Shown here piece by piece: positions 27,865 through 32,000 of a DNA stretch of 32,000 bases. The stretch spans positions 90,001-122,000 of the forward strand of contig NZ_CP026606.1 of assembly GCF_002945325.1 (NCBI RefSeq), given 5' to 3'. The DNA is from Methanococcus maripaludis. Its GTDB lineage: Archaea > AGJL01 > Methanococci > Methanococcales > Methanococcaceae. The position numbers and the translations under genes were made by a program. The notes below the pieces were generated by a model. That model saw only the letters and a program-made list of their open reading frames with translations. It was not told the origin of the DNA and made no database searches. Every line of letters begins with the position of its first letter. Position 1 is the first letter of the stretch.

Positions 27865-29145
27865 TTATTCAACTAAGACTGGACCGTTTTCTGTCCCTTC
27901 GATCACAATTGGCCCTTCAGGTAATTTATCCAAAGTTTTAAAGTATTCCATTGCAGCAAGCGTTCCTAACCTGTCAGAACCTGCAATATATACAATAGTG
28001 TAGCTTTGAATTATGCTTCCAGAATTATCCTGAACTGTCATAACCTGAATAACTCCCCTATTTTCTCCAGGAACATCGTTTGAAATTGGAATTTCAAACT
28101 GGTCGTTATATTTTTTAGCGAGTTTGTTTACGGTTGGTCCGCCCACAATTATCATGTTTCCAGAGTATGCATAGTTATCGTTATATGCATGTACTCTTTC
28201 CCTCAACTGTTTTGCGTAAGTTTCATCGATATCGTTTCCGTAGATAACTGTTGCGCTTGAAACGAAACTTTTAATTAATCTTGACTGAATGCCATCAGAA
28301 ACATCTGAATCGTAGCTACTTCCACCGCCTCTTGATGAACTTGATGGGGTGGTTGTTGTCGTTACTGGTGCATCAGTAATTACGTAGTTTTCAAATCTGC
28401 TGTCTAATGCAAAAATATCTGCAATTAATGCAGGTATTTGGCCGATTTCTTCATCATATACTTCAGGATACAAAATTTGAAGAACTTCGTAGTTTTCAGG
28501 TGTTTCGATTAATGGATAAGGGTCGTATACCCTAAATTCTTCGAATTCACCATATATTTCATAAACTCCAGAGTAAACTCCTTCATCTTCAGTTTCGTCT
28601 CCAACATACCCTTCGTAGTAGTTTCCAAGCCGGTATGTGTATTCAGTTCCGTTGTACTTGTAAACTAATTTTGGCGATGTTAATGGGGAATTTGACCTAA
28701 CATACTGGTTTTCATGAATTGTATTTAAATAAAAATACTGTTCGACTGCATTTGAACCTATAACAAATACGTTATCTTCAAATTCACAATTCATTATTGT
28801 TATATTTTTTACAGACCCGCGGGTCAAATCTGCCCCAGCAAACCAGTTTGAAATTACAAAATTTTTAATTGTGATATTTTCAATTATTCCATCACTGGAA
28901 ACTTGTATTCCACAGTAAAAATCTTCAGAAGAAGTATTTCCAATTAACTGGTGGTTTTGCCCATCTAAAACTACATTGCTTGCATTAATTAATATACCGC
29001 TTTGATTAACTAATGCTAAAATGTCTTCTGATAGAACGTACGTTCCGGATTCATTTATTGTCATGTTGGCATCAGGCATATCAATTGCATTTACTGAAAC
29101 AAGCATGCTCAATGCAATTATTGCTAAAATCAAGAATTTTTTCAT
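27865..29145 (-). CDS. Secreted surface protein: short parallel beta-helix, T/S linker, S-layer-type C-terminal domain
   Basis: 426 aa. Signal peptide MKKFLILAIIALSMLVSVNA. INESGTYVL motif. Cap motif SPKLVYKYNGTEYTYRLGNYY. TTTTTPSSSSRGGGSS linker. C-terminal IIVGGPTVN...YIAGSDRLGTLAA, resembling the S-layer protein C-terminus. GGGGTGG SD 14 nt after the upstream gene. Confidence 0.8.
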   Translation of the reverse strand: MKKFLILAIIALSMLVSVNAIDMPDANMTINESGTYVLSEDILALVNQSGILINASNVVLDGQNHQLIGNTSSEDFYCGIQVSSDGIIENITIKNFVISNWFAGADLTRGSVKNITIMNCEFEDNVFVIGSNAVEQYFYLNTIHENQYVRSNSPLTSPKLVYKYNGTEYTYRLGNYYEGYVGDETEDEGVYSGVYEIYGEFEEFRVYDPYPLIETPENYEVLQILYPEVYDEEIGQIPALIADIFALDSRFENYVITDAPVTTTTTPSSSSRGGGSSYDSDVSDGIQSRLIKSFVSSATVIYGNDIDETYAKQLRERVHAYNDNYAYSGNMIIVGGPTVNKLAKKYNDQFEIPISNDVPGENRGVIQVMTVQDNSGSIIQSYTIVYIAGSDRLGTLAAMEYFKTLDKLPEGPIVIEGTENGPVLVE

Positions 29146-29159
29146 TTTTTACCACCCCG

Positions 29160-31100
29160 TTAAACTTCCCTTCCCCAATAGCTTATTCCATATGGTTTAT
29201 CAAATATTCCTGCAATTGAAGTTTCGAGATCTTCTTCAGCGTAGTAGTTTCCAAGTCTTCCTTCGTAGACTTTTCCGTTGTATTCATATTTTACAACTGG
29301 GGAGTGGAAGTAGTTGCTAAATACTGCTTCAAAATTAACGTTTTCCAGATTACCTTCAAAGTTATTCATATATATCTCGTTGTTTTCACCAAAAATATTT
29401 ACTGCACGAGTATTTCCTACAAAATTATTTTTTGATAATACATTGTTTGAAGACCCATCTAAGAAAATACCATTATTTCCGTTTTCATTTGCGGTATTGC
29501 CTGTTATGGTGTTGTTTGAGGACTCATATGCGTAAATACCACCCATATTTCCAGTTAACGTACTGCTTGTTATGGTGTTGTTTGAGGATTCCTCTAAGTA
29601 AATACCTCGCGTATTATTGTTTGCAGTATTGCCCATCAAAACGTTATTTGAAGAATAGCCTATGTATATACCTTTATTCATGTTTTCATTTGCATTATTG
29701 CTTGTTATGGTGTTGTTTGAAGACCCATCTAAGTAAATACCTGCCGTATTATTGTTTGCAGTATTGTTTGTAAGCAGGTTATTGTTTGAAGATCCATCTA
29801 AGTAAATACCTCGTTTATTATAATTTGCGGTATTGCCTGTTATGGTGTTGTTTGAAGAATAGCCTAAACTAATACCTCGCTTATTATCGTATGCAGTATT
29901 GCCTGTTATGGTGTTGTTTGAGGACTCAACTAAGTAAATACCGTATTCGTTGTTTTCATTTGCATTATTGCTTGTTATGGTGTTGTTTGAGGAATAATCT
30001 AAGTAAATACCGTATTCGTTGTTTTCATTTGTATTGTTTGTAATGACGTTATTGTTTGAAGAAGTCACTAAACTAATACCAGTTCCCCTTTCAATATATC
30101 CATTATTGTTTGCAGTATTGTTTGTAATCGTATTTTTTGAAGACTCTTCTAATGAAATACCTTCATACCCATTTCCTGTTGCATTATTGTTTGTTATGGT
30201 GTTGTTTGAGGATTCAACTAAGTAAATACCGTATTCGTTGTTTTCATTTGCGGTATTGCCTGTTATGGTGTTGTTTGAAGAACCCCCTAAGAAAATACCA
30301 TCATAAAGGTTTCCTGTTGCATTATTGCTTGTTATGGTGTTGTTTGAGGAATAATCTAAAGAAATACCATTATTATTATCGTATGCAGTATTGTTTGTTA
30401 CGGTGTTGTTTGAGGACTCAATTAAGTAAATACCCTCATTATTTCCTGTTGCATTATTGTTTGTAATGACGTTATTGTTTGAAGAAGTCACTAAACTAAT
30501 ACCATTTCCCCCTTCAATATATCCATTATTGTTTACTGTATTGTATGTAATGACGTTATTGTTTGAAGACTTTTCTAATAAAATACCATCATTCTCATTT
30601 CCATTTGCAGTATTGTTTGTTACGGTGTTGTCTGAAGAACTCCATAAATAAATACCCCACATATTTCCATTTGCAGTATTGTTTGTTACGGTGTTGTTTG
30701 AGGAATCAGCTAAGTAAATACCTGGAAATTCATTTTCATATGCAGTGTTGTTTTCAATTCTGCTATCTGTAGTATTAATTAAAAAAATACCGCATTCAAA
30801 ACCCGTTACTGTAACGTTTTCGATTGTGATATTTGTAACTCCTGTAGCATTGATACCGAAATATATACTACCACTTCCATTCAAGACATATCCATTTCCA
30901 TTAAGTACGACATCGTCACAAGTAATGGTTATAACATCTCCACTGCCGTATGTAATATTATTGTTTAGATAATATGTTCCGGACTCGTTGATTTCATACA
31001 CGGTCGTTATCGGAGTACCTGTCTGAGCAGATACTGCGGAAATAACTGCCAAAAATACAATTAACGATAAAACAACAGTTTTAAAGTCTAATTTTTTCAT
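29160..31100 (-). CDS. Secreted right-handed parallel beta-helix (PbH1/NosD-like) repeat protein
   Basis: ORF 29160..31130. The ATG at 31100 (MKKLDFKTVVLSLIVFLAVISAVSA signal peptide) follows GGGGG by 5 nt. About 20 tandem 22-aa units of type SSNNTITGNTANENNEYGIYLxx. C-terminal cap SPVVKYEYNGKVYEGRLGNYY. Confidence 0.85.
   Translation of the reverse strand: MKKLDFKTVVLSLIVFLAVISAVSAQTGTPITTVYEINESGTYYLNNNITYGSGDVITITCDDVVLNGNGYVLNGSGSIYFGINATGVTNITIENVTVTGFECGIFLINTTDSRIENNTAYENEFPGIYLADSSNNTVTNNTANGNMWGIYLWSSSDNTVTNNTANGNENDGILLEKSSNNNVITYNTVNNNGYIEGGNGISLVTSSNNNVITNNNATGNNEGIYLIESSNNTVTNNTAYDNNNGISLDYSSNNTITSNNATGNLYDGIFLGGSSNNTITGNTANENNEYGIYLVESSNNTITNNNATGNGYEGISLEESSKNTITNNTANNNGYIERGTGISLVTSSNNNVITNNTNENNEYGIYLDYSSNNTITSNNANENNEYGIYLVESSNNTITGNTAYDNKRGISLGYSSNNTITGNTANYNKRGIYLDGSSNNNLLTNNTANNNTAGIYLDGSSNNTITSNNANENMNKGIYIGYSSNNVLMGNTANNNTRGIYLEESSNNTITSSTLTGNMGGIYAYESSNNTITGNTANENGNNGIFLDGSSNNVLSKNNFVGNTRAVNIFGENNEIYMNNFEGNLENVNFEAVFSNYFHSPVVKYEYNGKVYEGRLGNYYAEEDLETSIAGIFDKPYGISYWGREV
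29436..30749 (-). repeat. Intragenic tandem array of about 66-bp (22-codon) units, plus a 95-nt block duplicated 423 nt apart
   Basis: Recurring strings such as CCTGTTATGGTGTTGTTTGAGGA and TAAGTAAATACC(G/T) at 66-nt phase. 30033-30126 recurs at 30456-30549 with only a handful of mismatches. Confidence 0.85.
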
Positions 31101-31151
31101 AATTTCCCCCGTTTTTTTTGAATATATCATTATAAATAACTTTAAAATGAT

Positions 31152-31265
31152 TATCTACAAGATTTTGGAAAAAGCCCATAAAAAACTAAAAATTGATTTT
31201 TGTAGATATTATAAAGAATAAATTTTATTATTTATTAACCTATCTAAAACGTTTTTTTTTAGATG
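31152..31265. promoter_or_regulatory. Two inverted-repeat pairs sharing the half-site TATCTA(C/A)AA
   Basis: TATCTACAA at 31152-31160 and its exact reverse complement at 31200-31208. TATCTAAAA at 31241-31249 and ATCTAAAA inverted at 31257-31264. These lie 50-165 bp upstream of the beta-helix operon start. Confidence 0.35.
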
Positions 31266-31786
31266 GGATACCCATTCACGTACATTAATTTTCAAAAGAA
31301 CGCTATTATTCGGAGGATACGAAGAGTTTTCATTTAAAACCCTAGCTATACCAGAACCACTTAGAATACGATAGCAGAAAAAATGAAAAATATTGACATT
31401 GAAAATTACTAAAACTTAATTTTAAAAAAGAACAAATTTAAAAAATCATTTTTTATCGGATCAAAATCGATATTTGAATATTAGTTTTAAAGTTACGTTG
31501 TTTTTTAGGGGTATCCCATATCCATTTTTAAAAAAACCCTGTAATCGAATATATTTACTAAATTGACAGTTTCCGTGTCTTTTTTGATATTTAATATAAA
31601 TACTTAACTCAATAAGTATATAAAGTATGGTTTAGAAATTTAAGGTATAAATTATAGGCACTATTAAATTCGAATTTGGAAATATTTTTAAAATTATTCT
31701 GCTTTTAAGACTTATTTTTAAAAAAACAGTCTTTTAAAATTCATAATTCATATTTGATAAAGTATTGTCGACTTAAGAGGGATTAT

Positions 31787-32000
31787 ATGGATGAACCTAT
31801 TATCCAAGTAACAGAATTATACAAAATTTTTGGTAAAAAGCCAGAAAAAGCCTATCCTTTAATTAAAGAAGGTTTTTCTAGACAAGAAATAAAAGAAAAA
31901 ACAAAACAGGTTGTTGGACTTAAAAATATTAATTTCGACGTTAAACGAGGAGAAATCTTTGTAATCATGGGACTTTCTGGAAGTGGAAAATCTACGCTGA
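31787..32000 (+). CDS. Glycine betaine/proline-type ABC transporter ATP-binding protein (ProV/OpuAA family), 5' fragment
   Basis: The ATG at 31787 follows AAGAGGG by 5 nt. MDEPIIQVTELYKIFGKKPEKAYPLIKEGFSRQEIKEKTKQVVGLKNINFDVKRGEIFVIMGLSGSGKSTL matches the characteristic ProV/OpuAA N-terminus through the Walker A motif. Runs off the window end. Confidence 0.85.
   Translation, partial: MDEPIIQVTELYKIFGKKPEKAYPLIKEGFSRQEIKEKTKQVVGLKNINFDVKRGEIFVIMGLSGSGKSTL

Noticed and set aside
29436-30749. Possible CRISPR array (regular short repeats)
   Set aside because: The units abut with no unique spacers, are in phase with a continuous 656-codon ORF, and encode PbH1 turns. No cas genes or leader are present.
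29432-30772. Several 64-113-aa + strand ORFs with repeating CLLWCCL / MVLFED motifs
   Set aside because: They are shadow ORFs created by the stop-free 66-bp periodic repeat of the - strand beta-helix gene. The - strand frame has a signal peptide, an SD and a recognisable fold.
31147-31221. 24-codon ORF (MIIYKILEKAHKKLKIDFCRYYKE) in the long intergenic region
   Set aside because: It has no SD, is very short, and spans the inverted-repeat arms, which explain the sequence better.

Overview
AT-rich archaeal chromosome segment, almost certainly from a Methanococcus-type hydrogenotrophic methanogen. The evidence is methanogen cofactor genes (cofG for F420, aksF-like for coenzyme B), a methanogen-type SerRS, RNase P protein Rnp2, Hel308, a Methanococcales-type S-layer protein, GGTGA-type Shine-Dalgarno sites and TTTATATA promoters. 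I could not identify the species. About 31 protein genes are mostly housekeeping: guaAB, pyrG, hel308, an ECF metal-uptake cluster, aksF, serS, rnp2, nadC, cofG, hemC, and the 5' end of a ProV/OpuAA-type betaine ABC ATPase. No tRNA, rRNA, CRISPR array, transposase or integrase was seen. The one RNA gene I can support is a free-standing C/D box sRNA at 4711-4772. The regions that look least like core metabolism are: (a) a lone protein with a TIR-like N-terminus, a polyacidic spacer and TPR repeats (22241-23956); (b) a two-gene operon of paralogous secreted parallel beta-helix proteins (27865-31100), one with an S-layer-type C-terminal domain and the other built from about 20 near-identical 66-bp units; (c) a 656-bp gene-free region (31131-31786) with repeated inverted half-sites and a duplicated T-tract/hairpin element; (d) a split ECF cluster (cbiM plus a PDGLE-type N component, a Dabb gene, then cbiQ, with no cbiO), with a repeated GTAATAA motif in both of its promoter regions; (e) an untracked 41-codon membrane ORF with a strong SD. 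Several genes appear to use TTG or GTG starts (hemC, cbiQ and others). All homology statements come from reading motifs by eye and recalling families. Nothing was searched or computed.
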